Positions 36,341 to 47,100 of a DNA stretch of 64,000 nt are shown one piece after another. Both the position numbers and the translations under genes were made by a program. The DNA comes from an uncultured Melioribacter sp. (lineage in GTDB: Bacteria > Bacteroidota > Ignavibacteria > Kapaibacteriales > Kapaibacteriaceae). Numbering within the stretch: position 1 is the first letter of the stretch; each line of letters starts with the position of its first letter. The notes beneath the pieces were generated by a model that had not been told where the DNA came from, did not search any database, and was given only the letters and a program-made list of their open reading frames with translations. Location of the stretch: NCBI GenBank assembly GCA_964393485.1, contig CAYMTW010000001.1:64832-128831 (forward strand). The letters are read 5' to 3'.

Positions 36341-37477
36341 ATGACCGAAACGTTCCCCACGGCCGATGTCCTGCGCCATTTGCTCCGTTTCAAATGGTTG
36401 ATCATCGGCCTGGCTGCCGTGGCAACGATCGCCGGCTATCTCTACGCCTACTCACTTCCCCCTTACTACAAGTCGACGGTGAATTGTGTGCCCCCTTCGT
36501 CGGATGTCGGAGGAATGGGTGGTGCCCTCGGAGGCATATCATCCACACTCAAAGACATCGGTCTAGCCAAGCTTGGTGGTAAGTCCGGAGAAAGTTACGA
36601 GTTGATCGCTCTGCTGTTCTCCCGAACCATCCGTGATTCAATGATCTCCGAATTCAAATTGCGCGATGAGTATGGGCTTCATGGCAAGACAATGGACGAT
36701 GTACGCGATGAGTTTGAGGATAACATCGAAGTCAACCTCCATGCAGAGGGCAACTATGAGATCAGCATGTGGAGCAAAGACCCGCAAAAGTCCGTGCAGA
36801 TGTGCCGAAGTTTCATTGCGCACGTGAATGATATCTCGAATCGAATCTCGCGCACCGAGGCCACAAAGAACGCCGCATATCTCGAGACCCGTCTTGCGAT
36901 GATGGATTCGACACTTGCACTTCTCACGGATTCACTCAGTGACTACTCCAGGAAGTATCGAGTATACTCGCCTCTCGACCAGGCATCTGCCTCAGCAAAG
37001 GCTCTTGCCGAAGTGAAGGGTGAGCTTTTGAAGCAAGAGACCTTGCTTGGTATTCTCGAGACCAATTACGGAAAAAGTGATCCGCAGGTGCGTAATGCGG
37101 CGGCAATCGTCGAGCGCCTTAAGACGCAGTATGAAGAAGCCCAAACCAAACCGGGATTTGCTGGAAACTTTGCTCTTAGTGATGCTGCCGGGATTGGAGC
37201 GTCATACTTGCGCATGTATGCCGAATTCGAAGCCTTTACAAAGCTCAAGGCATTCATGCTGCCGACACTCGAGCAGGCACGGCTGGACATGAACAAGACT
37301 GCTCCGGTACTTCTCGTCGTTGACGAGCCTGCTCTGGCTGAGGAAAAAGACAAACCGCGCCGACTAGTCATCGCTCTCGGAGCTGGTATTGGCATGTTTG
37401 TTACCATGATCATCGCCCTTTTGTTAGGACGAGCCTGGAAGATGACGATGTCCACCGTCGGAGAGGCTCGTGCCTGA
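36341..37477 (+). CDS. Wzz/polysaccharide co-polymerase-like chain-length determinant protein
   Basis: N-terminal TM after FKWLIIGLAAVATIAGYLYAY, long coiled periplasmic region, C-terminal TM LVIALGAGIGMFVTMIIALLLG. Confidence 0.7.
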   Translation: MTETFPTADVLRHLLRFKWLIIGLAAVATIAGYLYAYSLPPYYKSTVNCVPPSSDVGGMGGALGGISSTLKDIGLAKLGGKSGESYELIALLFSRTIRDSMISEFKLRDEYGLHGKTMDDVRDEFEDNIEVNLHAEGNYEISMWSKDPQKSVQMCRSFIAHVNDISNRISRTEATKNAAYLETRLAMMDSTLALLTDSLSDYSRKYRVYSPLDQASASAKALAEVKGELLKQETLLGILETNYGKSDPQVRNAAAIVERLKTQYEEAQTKPGFAGNFALSDAAGIGASYLRMYAEFEAFTKLKAFMLPTLEQARLDMNKTAPVLLVVDEPALAEEKDKPRRLVIALGAGIGMFVTMIIALLLGRAWKMTMSTVGEARA

Positions 37478-38837
37478 CGCGTCGCTTCTGCCCGTTATTG
37501 CTCTTCCGGCCGTTGCCAGCGCCCTCGGCTTCTTTGCGCTGCTCATATCACGTCCTCGCATCTGGCTGTCGCTATTCATGGCTACCGTACCGTTCTTTGC
37601 CACGGATACTGGGCAGGGACTGACGGCATCTGAGGCGATCACAGGTGGCATTCTCCTATCCAGCATCTCGCTGTGGTTTGTCTGGCATCTTGCTTCTGAC
37701 AGGGGGCCTCTTCTTCGCTCATGGGCAGATTTTCTCCTGGTCAGCTTCATTATTGTTGCTGTTCTAAATCTGGCCGTTGCAATGGCTAATGATCTCGAGT
37801 TCTTCGGCTGGGCCGTTGATTGGTCGTACTTCATCCTCATGCTCTACTATTTCCCGCTACGGGAGGAATTCGGCAAGGATCTTCCGTCACTACGCAAGTT
37901 CCTGGGAATCATCGGGATGATCAGCCTGATCATGTCTGTTCAGAGTGCATTGAACTTTAGGAACCGTCTAGCAGAAAATCTTGTGTATGCCTACCAGATC
38001 GTGGCATCACGTTCGACTCTACTTGGCCCGTTTTTCCTTCTCGCCGTTTGTATTTCGGTAGTACTTGCCGTCTCAGCTGAAGAGCGTCGGACGAAGTTTC
38101 TGGCCTACGGTATCCTCATGGCAAACCTCGGTGCACTTGCTCTAACGTTCACTCGCACGATCTGGGTCTTTGCTGTGGCGTGCATCGGTCTGTCAATGCT
38201 GTTTCTGCGTCTTCGTAACAATGTTCGGATCATCCTGAGCATGACAATCATTGGCATCGTCGCCTTTGCCGCTGCCTATGTATACAATCCACGCATCACC
38301 AATGTCATTGTAGCGATGGTGAAGACGCGGTTTGCTTCATCGACACAGTTTTCTGGCGGCGACCATTCCTTTGAGACCCGCATCATCGAAGTCACAGATG
38401 TGATGCGCAAGGTAAAACAAGCCCCCTTGGGTGGACACGGTCTGCGAGCGACCTTCGTTACGTGGGCTCCGATCGATCAAGCGCATCATATCACCTCCTA
38501 CGTCCATATCGGGTATGTCGGTCTGGTTCATAAAGTCGGGCTACCGACGGCTTTGCTGATGTTCGCCGTGATTGTCATCTTCGGATATCGAAGTGTGCGG
38601 GTTGCGTGGATGTCACGTGCTGAAGGAGTTGATATCGGACTTCGAGCTCTGGCCGTTGGAACCTTTGTCTACTACCCAGCTATGTTAGCCGTAATCTTTA
38701 TGTCCGGCATGTTCGATCAGCGCCATGGTAATGCACTCTTTGCGTTCATGTTCGCCTCTATAGCAATGTGTGAAGGGCTACTAACTGCGTCAATACCGAC
38801 AGACCCTCGGCAACACGCCGCGCAGGAGGCTGTGTGA
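37470..38837 (+). CDS. O-antigen ligase/polymerase (Wzy_C)-like polytopic membrane protein
   Basis: About 11 TM segments, LTFTRTIWVFAV, and a large loop with PLGGHGL followed by YVHIGYVGLVHKVGLP. GTG start overlaps the Wzz-like stop by 8 nt. Confidence 0.65.
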   Translation: MPDASLLPVIALPAVASALGFFALLISRPRIWLSLFMATVPFFATDTGQGLTASEAITGGILLSSISLWFVWHLASDRGPLLRSWADFLLVSFIIVAVLNLAVAMANDLEFFGWAVDWSYFILMLYYFPLREEFGKDLPSLRKFLGIIGMISLIMSVQSALNFRNRLAENLVYAYQIVASRSTLLGPFFLLAVCISVVLAVSAEERRTKFLAYGILMANLGALALTFTRTIWVFAVACIGLSMLFLRLRNNVRIILSMTIIGIVAFAAAYVYNPRITNVIVAMVKTRFASSTQFSGGDHSFETRIIEVTDVMRKVKQAPLGGHGLRATFVTWAPIDQAHHITSYVHIGYVGLVHKVGLPTALLMFAVIVIFGYRSVRVAWMSRAEGVDIGLRALAVGTFVYYPAMLAVIFMSGMFDQRHGNALFAFMFASIAMCEGLLTASIPTDPRQHAAQEAV

Positions 38838-40798
38838 GCTTCAAGCATCTCGACTCAGAATTCGGATCAGAGGAGCGGTTTCGGATCTTCCGGATCGCGG
38901 CAATGGTGATCTGTATCGTTTTTGCTGCACGCCTGGGCTGGCTTCAGATCATTCAGGGTAACCGCTATAAGTTGAAGGCCGAATCTCAGGCGATAAAACA
39001 GATCGCAACCGAACCGTTTCGGGGAATGATCTTCGATCGTAACGGACGGGCCATCGTTCAAAATGCTCCGGGCTTTTCGATCACAGTCACGCCCTATGAG
39101 TTTACACGACAAGCCAGTCAGCGCCTGTCGGCGATTCTTGGCGTAGAGGACAGTCTCCTTTGGCGTGAAGCCCAACGTGCGGCGCGATTCAACAAGTTCG
39201 CAGCGACGAAACTCAGCTATGGCCGTGATGTGTCGTTCGACATCGTGTCCAAGATCGAAGAGCTACGAGACTCCCTTCCTGGTGTGGACATGATCATCGA
39301 TCCCAAGCGACTCTATGCCTTCGATGGCAATGCATCGCACTTGCTTGGCTTTACACGCGAAGTTGCCGAGTGGGAGCTCAAGGAGCTTGGTGACGCCTAC
39401 GCGCCTGGAGACGTGACTGGCAAAGCTGGACTGGAAAAGTCCTACGAGGCGGCAATCCGTGGTCAGAAGGGACTGCAGTTTGTAGCGGTTAACAAAAACG
39501 GTCAAAAGGTAGAGAGCTTTAATGACGGAAAGAGCGATACACCTGGACTCGAAGGTGACGACCTCTACCTTGGGATTGATACGGATCTGCAGGAACTGGC
39601 AGAAAAGCTTCTTCAGGGGGCACGTGGCTCGGTGGTAGCGCTTGATCCGTCGAATGGTGAAATCCTTTGTTATGCCAGTAAACCGGACTTTGACCTACGC
39701 AAATTCACCGGAAAGACGGCCAGGTCTTACTACAACGAGCTCGCCAGTGACCCATCGATCCCGATGTTCAATCGGGCCTCGAACTCGATGTATCACCCTG
39801 GTTCAACCTGGAAGCCCCTTATGACCCTTATGGCCTTGCAGGAAGGTGTAATCACACCCAAGACAAAGCTCCCCTGTCAAGGCGGCTTCAGCTTCGGAAA
39901 CAGGTTTGCTCTCTGTCATGGTGGTGTGCATGGCATGATTGACTGCTCATTTGCTCTGCAGGTTTCGTGCAACTCGTTCTACTACCAGCTTGGCCTGAAA
40001 ATGGGAGCTGAGCGGTTCTACAAGTACGGATCGATGTTCGGATTCGGAGCTCGTACAAAGGTCGACATCCCCTCTGGCGAGGATGGCCGTGGGGTATTGC
40101 CATCACGTCCCTACATGGACCGCATTTACGGACCCAAGAACTGGACGTCCTACGCTTTTATGAACTGGGGCATTGGTCAGGGCGAGGTGAACGTTACTCC
40201 GCTTCAGCTTGTGGCGTACACAGCAGCTATTGCCAATGGTGGAACGTGGCATCAACCGCATGCCGTCAGAGCGATCTACAGCAAAACCCTTCATCGGCGC
40301 AATACGATTGCCTATGAATCGCGGCCGATTCCGATCAACAAGGAATACTTCGACATCGTCAAGCAGGCAATGCGATTGGTCGTCAGCAGCGGAACAGCTC
40401 GTGGGGCAGATCTTCCCGGGTTAGAGGTCTGCGGTAAAACCGGTACCGCTCAGACATCAGGGGGTAAACAAGATCAGTCATGGTTCATCTGTTTTGCCCC
40501 TAAGGATAATCCGAAGATCGCCATGGTCGTCACGGGCGAAGGCAAAGGCTTCGGCGCGCAATTTGCCGTTCCGATCGCGCAGAAACTCCTCGATTTGTAT
40601 TTCAATTCCCGGTGGCCAGTAGATGTAGGCAGAGATTCAACCTGGCTCCGAAAACCAGGAATCACCCCACAATCACAGCCCGCTCAGGATTCTGCGCCGG
40701 ACCATCAGGGGCCATTTGCCAATCATGAGCCTTCTCGCAGTCCTGCGAGAAAGTCGGAGACGGCCCAGATCGTTTCGACGTCAAACACGTCACGATGA
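38834..40798 (+). CDS. mrdA: penicillin-binding protein 2 (elongation transpeptidase)
   Basis: N-terminal anchor plus RG.I.DRNG pattern; transpeptidase motifs STWKP (SXXK), SCN (SXN) and KTGTAQ (KTG). GTG start overlaps the upstream stop (GTGA). Confidence 0.85.
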   Translation: MSFKHLDSEFGSEERFRIFRIAAMVICIVFAARLGWLQIIQGNRYKLKAESQAIKQIATEPFRGMIFDRNGRAIVQNAPGFSITVTPYEFTRQASQRLSAILGVEDSLLWREAQRAARFNKFAATKLSYGRDVSFDIVSKIEELRDSLPGVDMIIDPKRLYAFDGNASHLLGFTREVAEWELKELGDAYAPGDVTGKAGLEKSYEAAIRGQKGLQFVAVNKNGQKVESFNDGKSDTPGLEGDDLYLGIDTDLQELAEKLLQGARGSVVALDPSNGEILCYASKPDFDLRKFTGKTARSYYNELASDPSIPMFNRASNSMYHPGSTWKPLMTLMALQEGVITPKTKLPCQGGFSFGNRFALCHGGVHGMIDCSFALQVSCNSFYYQLGLKMGAERFYKYGSMFGFGARTKVDIPSGEDGRGVLPSRPYMDRIYGPKNWTSYAFMNWGIGQGEVNVTPLQLVAYTAAIANGGTWHQPHAVRAIYSKTLHRRNTIAYESRPIPINKEYFDIVKQAMRLVVSSGTARGADLPGLEVCGKTGTAQTSGGKQDQSWFICFAPKDNPKIAMVVTGEGKGFGAQFAVPIAQKLLDLYFNSRWPVDVGRDSTWLRKPGITPQSQPAQDSAPDHQGPFANHEPSRSPARKSETAQIVSTSNTSR

Positions 40799-41901
40799 AC
40801 TCACCGTACCGGTTGATGATTGAGCTCGTGCGCAGTACCGCGCTAGCTATTGTGTTGATGACTGTGATCGTTGGCTGCCGCAATGACGATTCACGCACAG
40901 TCGTGCGATTCTGGCACTTCTGGTCCGAGCCCCGTCAGCGTGCCGTCGTTGATTCTCTTGTTACGGCATTTGAACGCGAGCACCCAGAGATCGACGTACG
41001 AGTGACTATTCTTTCGTGGGGTGACGGCAAGACGAAACTTCAGGTCGCCTTCAATGCCGGTACCCCACCAGATCTCGTTCACTTGGGAATGGATTGGTTC
41101 GCTGAGTTTGATCAAGCGACATCGTTCATTGAGTTGCCGGAAGAACTGGCTACCGACACGAAGCACTCCAGTCGCTGGCTGGTCAATGTACGAGCCTTCG
41201 TTACTTCCGACACATCATCTGTCACGACCGGCATTGGGGGACTGTGTGTATCCGACCCTCACAACGTTATCAAGCGGGTGCTTCCGCTGCTCTGGGAGCG
41301 AGGTAGTAGGCTGTACCAACGGCTGCCTATCTCATCGGATCTGAACGATACGCTCGCTCAGGCAATCTGGTCGGTCATCTCATCATCGCACGGAGTCGTA
41401 CGGGACCGGTCTCGCCAACTTGATGATCTTCTGTTGCAGGGCCGGATACGTTCGGCATTGACCGGCGCATGGATCATTGATATGGCACGGGAACAGTCGA
41501 ATGAGAATCTCCGCGTTCGACCAATGCGCTCGATTCTTAACGCCGACGTGCTGGCTGTTCCTGCGACATCATCTTCACAGACCCCTGCGGTCCTGCTGCT
41601 CCGCCAGTTGAGCTCCTACGAAGCATCACGCGAGTTCTGCCGCCGCGTGAGCGATGCAGGCTTCCCCACCGACCTCAACCGTGCCAAGAAGGACAGCATC
41701 TTCACGACCGATCCCCTCACGAGGGGATTTCTCGAAACAGCAGTTCTCTCTCGCCCCCTTATCCATTCAGCCCGTTTGCTGGCCATCGAACCTTTGGTAG
41801 AGAGACTGCTTGAGAAGAGTTACTCTGCCACAAGCCTCGAAGCGGTGCGAGACCTCGTCAGCTCCGCACGGACCGAGGTGAAGACACTCGAATCACGCTG
41901 A
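40795..41901 (+). CDS. extracellular solute-binding (ABC family-1-like) lipoprotein, orphan
   Basis: Lipobox VIVGC; FWHFWSEPRQ...ILSWGDGKTKLQVAFNAGTPPDLVHLGMDW is typical of sugar-type SBPs; ATGA overlap with mrdA. Confidence 0.6.
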   Translation: MNSPYRLMIELVRSTALAIVLMTVIVGCRNDDSRTVVRFWHFWSEPRQRAVVDSLVTAFEREHPEIDVRVTILSWGDGKTKLQVAFNAGTPPDLVHLGMDWFAEFDQATSFIELPEELATDTKHSSRWLVNVRAFVTSDTSSVTTGIGGLCVSDPHNVIKRVLPLLWERGSRLYQRLPISSDLNDTLAQAIWSVISSSHGVVRDRSRQLDDLLLQGRIRSALTGAWIIDMAREQSNENLRVRPMRSILNADVLAVPATSSSQTPAVLLLRQLSSYEASREFCRRVSDAGFPTDLNRAKKDSIFTTDPLTRGFLETAVLSRPLIHSARLLAIEPLVERLLEKSYSATSLEAVRDLVSSARTEVKTLESR

Positions 41902-42342
41902 TTCGAGCAGGCGCTTGGTGGCAGCCTGACGAAATGCGAACATGGCTTCGACCTGACGGCGGATGACGAGCGCGTTGGCGATCCTGCCGAGAACTCCGAA
42001 CGGGGCTTCATACTCGACGATATCCGTCAACTCAGTCTTACCGTTCACCGTTTGTAGCCGCCGGGTTTGCTTCCATGATGCAAAAGGCCCACGCACCTGC
42101 TCATCGACCATCAGAACAGGGGGCTGATAGGCCGTGATCTTTACGTGCCAGCGCATGACGAAGCTCGCGAACTGGCGGATCTTAAGCGTGACCTCATATC
42201 CGAGACCGGGATTCCCCATCGTCTCAATCGACACCTTGATGTTTGGCGGCGTGATTTTCAAAAGGTTGTTTGTGTCGTCATGGAAATGAAACACCCGCTC
42301 AATGGGGGCATCAATTACAACTGTTTGCTCAATGCGTTCCAT
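41893..42342 (-). CDS. SRPBCC (START/polyketide-cyclase-like) family protein
   Basis: 149 aa starting MERIEQTVVIDAPIERVFHFHDD..N...I.P, typical of SRPBCC proteins. Confidence 0.65.
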   Translation of the reverse strand: MERIEQTVVIDAPIERVFHFHDDTNNLLKITPPNIKVSIETMGNPGLGYEVTLKIRQFASFVMRWHVKITAYQPPVLMVDEQVRGPFASWKQTRRLQTVNGKTELTDIVEYEAPFGVLGRIANALVIRRQVEAMFAFRQAATKRLLESA

Positions 42343-42887
42343 TTACGTGCCATGCGGAGCATGGATTCTTCAGTGGTGTAGTGTTCAATTGATAGGACTG
42401 GTACCCATGCCAGATCATGCGATTCTTCGCTGACGATGTGACGGCTATGCCCAGCATGGACAACGTAACGCACATCGTAGTGAAGATGTTCCGGATCATT
42501 CGCTCGCGCAGGTATCACATGAACGTCGAGATCAAATATGATCGGAGATAATGATCGAACATCATCAATCCCTGACTCCTCCCTGGCTTCGGTCAGTGCC
42601 ACTTTGAGAATATCAGACTCACCATCGGCATGCCCTCCGAGTTGAAGCCACTTGTTCAGCTTTCGATGATGGGTCAGTAAGGTGTGCGTGCGCCGATTGT
42701 CAACAACCCATGCAGATCCGGTGATATGCCCTTCAATAGTCGACCGTTCGAAGCATCGTGGTTGGCTAGTCACAAAGTCCCTGAACTGCTCCACCACCCG
42801 CTTCTCGTCGGGATGCCGTTGCTCGTAATCGTCAATAGCCGCCAGAAGGAGCCCCCTCCCGGCATCAAGTTCCCTATCTTGCTTCAT
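42315..42887 (-). CDS. NUDIX hydrolase
   Basis: Nudix-box-like GGHADGESDILKVALTEAREESGI; 190 aa. Confidence 0.7.
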   Translation of the reverse strand: MKQDRELDAGRGLLLAAIDDYEQRHPDEKRVVEQFRDFVTSQPRCFERSTIEGHITGSAWVVDNRRTHTLLTHHRKLNKWLQLGGHADGESDILKVALTEAREESGIDDVRSLSPIIFDLDVHVIPARANDPEHLHYDVRYVVHAGHSRHIVSEESHDLAWVPVLSIEHYTTEESMLRMARKWNALSKQL

Positions 42888-43665
42888 GTCACGCTTCCGT
42901 TTTTCAATCGAGTACGAAGGTACGCGCTATTCAGGTTGGCAGGTTCAGAAGAATGCCAGGACTGTTCAGGGAGAGATCATTGGCGCATTAAAGCAGGTCC
43001 TGGGCAACGATAATTTCGAGTTCATGGGGTCTGGCCGAACAGATGCTGGTGTTCATGCGCTGGGGCAGGTTGCGCACCTCGAAGCTAAAACAATGCTTTC
43101 ACCGCACGTCATGCGAATGAAGATTAATGATCTTCTTCCGTCGGATGTGAACATCATCGAGATCAGCAAAGCACAGCCGAAGTTTCATGCCCGGCATCAT
43201 GCCATTTCCCGTTCGTACGTGTACCAGATCTCTCAGCGTCGAACTGCGTTCGGAAAACGATACGTATGGTGGATTAAGGACGAGCTAAACATCGAAGCGA
43301 TGAAGGGGGCCTGCAGAATATTCGAGGGATTTCATGATTTCCGGTCATTCACCCAGGATGATCCCGAAGCCAAGTCAACGACGGTTGACCTCGAGGCCTG
43401 CCAGCTGCATACCGAGGGGCCAATGATCCTCGTCAATATCCGAGGCTCGCACTTTCTCTGGCGCATGGTTCGCCAGATGATCGGCATGATCGTTGAATGT
43501 GGAAGAGGTACTCTGACTCCAGAGCACCTCGTCGAACTTTTGCGCACTGAATCGTCGTTTCCAGCTACCAAAACGGCACCTCCTTCAGGTCTGTTTCTCC
43601 ATCATGTACAATACGACAAGCACGAAGAGCGTCCACCGGTACAACCAATGATACAGATACGATGA
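42886..43665 (+). CDS. truA: tRNA pseudouridine(38-40) synthase
   Basis: IEYEGTRYSGWQVQ and catalytic GSGRTDAGVHALGQV. Confidence 0.95.
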   Translation: MSRFRFSIEYEGTRYSGWQVQKNARTVQGEIIGALKQVLGNDNFEFMGSGRTDAGVHALGQVAHLEAKTMLSPHVMRMKINDLLPSDVNIIEISKAQPKFHARHHAISRSYVYQISQRRTAFGKRYVWWIKDELNIEAMKGACRIFEGFHDFRSFTQDDPEAKSTTVDLEACQLHTEGPMILVNIRGSHFLWRMVRQMIGMIVECGRGTLTPEHLVELLRTESSFPATKTAPPSGLFLHHVQYDKHEERPPVQPMIQIR

Positions 43666-44174
43666 CAGCACACGTTCTACTCCTTGCCGCACTTATTGGA
43701 ATTGCCTACACTCCACCTGCTCAGCAAGGCACGGGCAAGACAGTAACGATCTACTCGACTTCAACTCGAAAGGCCATAGCGATGCAGCGAATCACCAAGA
43801 CTGATGAAGAATGGCGCAAGGAGCTGTCGGAAGAAGAGTTCCGCATTGCCCGCAAGAAGGGCACTGAACGCGCATTCACCGGCAAGTATTGGAACCACCA
43901 TGAAGATGGCACCTATACCTGCCGATGTTGCGAAACAGAACTGTTCCCAAGTGGTACGAAGTACGAATCAGGAAGCGGATGGCCGTCATTCTATGATCCA
44001 GTGGCCAAGACCAACGTCGAGCTTCATGAGGACAACTCCCTCATGATGGATCGGGTTGAAGTAACCTGTGCACGATGCGGCGCGCACCTCGGCCACGTCT
44101 TTGACGACGGGCCGAAGCCAACAGGACTTCGCTACTGCATCAATAGTGCATCGCTGGGCTTCAAGAAGAAGTAA
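43662..44174 (+). CDS. msrB: peptide-methionine (R)-S-oxide reductase MsrB (possibly exported; alternative start 43782)
   Basis: CRCCETELF...GWPSF...CARCGAHLGHVF...RYCINS. The first 40 codons encode a signal-peptide-like segment. Confidence 0.9.
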   Translation: MTAHVLLLAALIGIAYTPPAQQGTGKTVTIYSTSTRKAIAMQRITKTDEEWRKELSEEEFRIARKKGTERAFTGKYWNHHEDGTYTCRCCETELFPSGTKYESGSGWPSFYDPVAKTNVELHEDNSLMMDRVEVTCARCGAHLGHVFDDGPKPTGLRYCINSASLGFKKK

Positions 44175-47100
44175 GTGCTCCGGAGGCACGCTCGGCACGG
44201 GACCTACGCAGTTGTTTCTTGATTCCACGTCGCGCTAGGATGTAGTACATGCATGGCACGACCACCAGTGTTAGGAATGTCGAAAAGCCCAGACCATAGA
44301 CAATCGCCCATGCCAGCGGACCCCAGAACGCCACACTGTCTGAACCAATGTGGAAGTGCGGATTACGCAGGTTGATCAATTCCCAGAAGTCGACATTCAG
44401 GCCGATCGCCAAGGGCACCAGACCAAGGATCGTAGCCCCGGCTGTAAGAATGACCGGATTAAAGCGGATCGCCCCGCCTTCGATGACAGCGCGGCGCAGA
44501 CTCCATCCTTGCGATAGCAGCACATCGGTGAAGTCCAGAAGCACGATGCCATTCCGAACGACGATTCCCCCGAGGGCTACGATGCCCACACCGGTGATGG
44601 CAATGGAGAATGTCATCTGGAATATCACAAAGCCCAGCAGCACTCCGATCAAGCTGAATACTACCGTCACCATTACCAGCAGGGGTTTTGCGACGGAGTT
44701 AAACTGCGTTACCATGATGAGGAAGATCAGCAGCGCGGCAATCAGAAACGCAAACCCAAGGAAGCTTGCACTTTCCTGCTGCTCTTCCTGCGCCCCGGTG
44801 AGCTTTACCGTGTAACCATCCGGTAGCTGATAGCCCTGCAGTGCTGCGCGGATCTCGGTGTTAACGGCATTCTCGTTATATCCTTCGAGCAGATTCGACC
44901 CCAGCGTAACCACGCGACGTTGATTTTTGCGATTGATGCCAGCGTACGTCGATGTGTACTGCAACGACGCAATCGACGCCACTGGTACCTGGCGATACCG
45001 TCCGGTGCTCATATCCATGAAGGACACCGGCTGATTCATCAGTGCCTCGGCATCGGTGCGGACACGCTCGATCGAACGAACCTGCACAGGATACTCGTCT
45101 TCTCCGGAGCGGAACTTCGTTGCCTCGGAGCCGTACATACTGCTACGCAGTATCATGCCGACCTGAACAGTACTGATGCCCTCGGCATTGGCCTTCTCCC
45201 GGTCGATGATGACCGCAAGCTCGGGCTTGTTACGAACAAGGTCACTGCGCAGGCGTTCGACACCGGCGATCTTCGCCGTATCCGACAGATACACGCGGAT
45301 CTGTTCGGCAAGTGCCGTCAATGTCTCAAAGTCATCACCGGCGATCTCAATGTTCACCGGCTTACCGGTTGGTGGACCATTGGATTCTTTATCGACCACG
45401 ATCTCTACACCCGGCAAGTCAGCCAGCACCTTACGGAAACGGCCGAGATACTCACCCGTGCTCTTACCGCCACGTTTCTGATACTCGACAAAGGCGACCG
45501 TTACTTTGCCCTTGTGCGGCGTGACCGTGCGATCGGGATTACGTGGATCGCCTGCCCCTAAGCCCACATTGGAGATCACGGACTTCACGAGTGGGTTCGA
45601 TGGCCCCAGCTCCTTCTGAATGCGCTGCTCAACGATCTTGACAACGCTATCGGTTTCAACGGCATCTGTCCCGATCGGTAGCTGCACGTACACAAAGGCA
45701 TAATTGGGCTCGCCTTCGGGGAAAAATGTCGGCGGCCGCATGGCTACGATCGTGATGGCAAATGTTGCGAACAGCAGGGCTACCATCGAGGCGAGAATCA
45801 CGTACGGGCGCTTGCCGTGGAGAGACCAATGCAGCGTTGAGCGGTAGGCCGACATAATCGCCGGCAATGTCCTGTGCTGAAACGGAAGAATGAGTCGAGG
45901 CGTGATATAGCGTCGGTTGACATACCAGAACACCAACGTGAAAAGCGCTAGCGTCGTGATCCACAGCTGCCCGGTAACAATACCCAAGGCCGATAACAGT
46001 CCGACACCACCACCGGTGATCATCAGGCGTCGCTTCGTCATCTCGATTGGACGACGCTCCATGAAGTCCACTGCAAAAACGGGATTCATGATATAGGCCA
46101 CGATCAACGATGCCGTAAGCGTGATGATCAGCACAGCCGGAAGATAGACCATGAATTCACCGACAAGCCCCGGCCAGAACAGGAGCGGAAAGAATGGAGC
46201 AAGCGTCGTTAGCGTACCGGCAACAACCGGTGCAAACACTTCGGCAGCAGCATACTTTGTAGCTGTCTTGACATCTAGATCATGTTTCGTGTGCAGTCGG
46301 TGCGTATTCTCGATCACAACGATGGCATCATCAACCACGATGCCCAGTGCGAGCAGAAACGCAAACGTCACAACGATGTTAAATGTAAAGTCCAACCCTG
46401 GCATCACCAGGAATGCTATGAAGGATGAAAGGGGTGTGGCGAGTCCAACAAAGAGAGCGTTCTGGACACCCATGAAAAACATTAGCACCACCGTTACGAG
46501 CAGGAATCCGATGATAATTGTATTGATCAGATCCGCAAGGTTGATGCGTGTTGCTGTGGACTGATCATTCGTGATGGTAACTGTGACCGTTGATGGAAGT
46601 CGCTTTTCGCTGTACTCGCGCACGATCTCCTGAATCTTATCTGAGGCAGCAATAAGGTTCTCCCCTGCCTTCTTCAGAACGGCAATCGTGACGACTTCCT
46701 TGCCGTCAAGTCGGGCAAAGCTCTGCTGCTCCTTGGTCGTCTCCCGCACAGTCGCTACGTCACGGACATAGGCGGTAACACCTCGGAAACTGCGCACCAC
46801 AACGTTATTGATCTGATCAACAGATGCGAATTCACCGCTAACCTGCAGATTTCGCCGCACGCCAGCATTGAGTAGCTCACCACCTGAGATGTTTACGTTC
46901 TCCGATGCTATCGCGCGTGACACATCGTCAAACGACAGTCCGAGAGCCTGGAGTCGATATGGATCTACATCAACGCGGACTTCCCGTTCGAGTGCACCGA
47001 TAACGTCCGTACGACGAATCTCTGGTAGGGCCTCAAGTTTATCCTTCAACTCGTCGGCATACTGCTTTAAGGCCTCCAGACCAACAGTACCCGATATATT

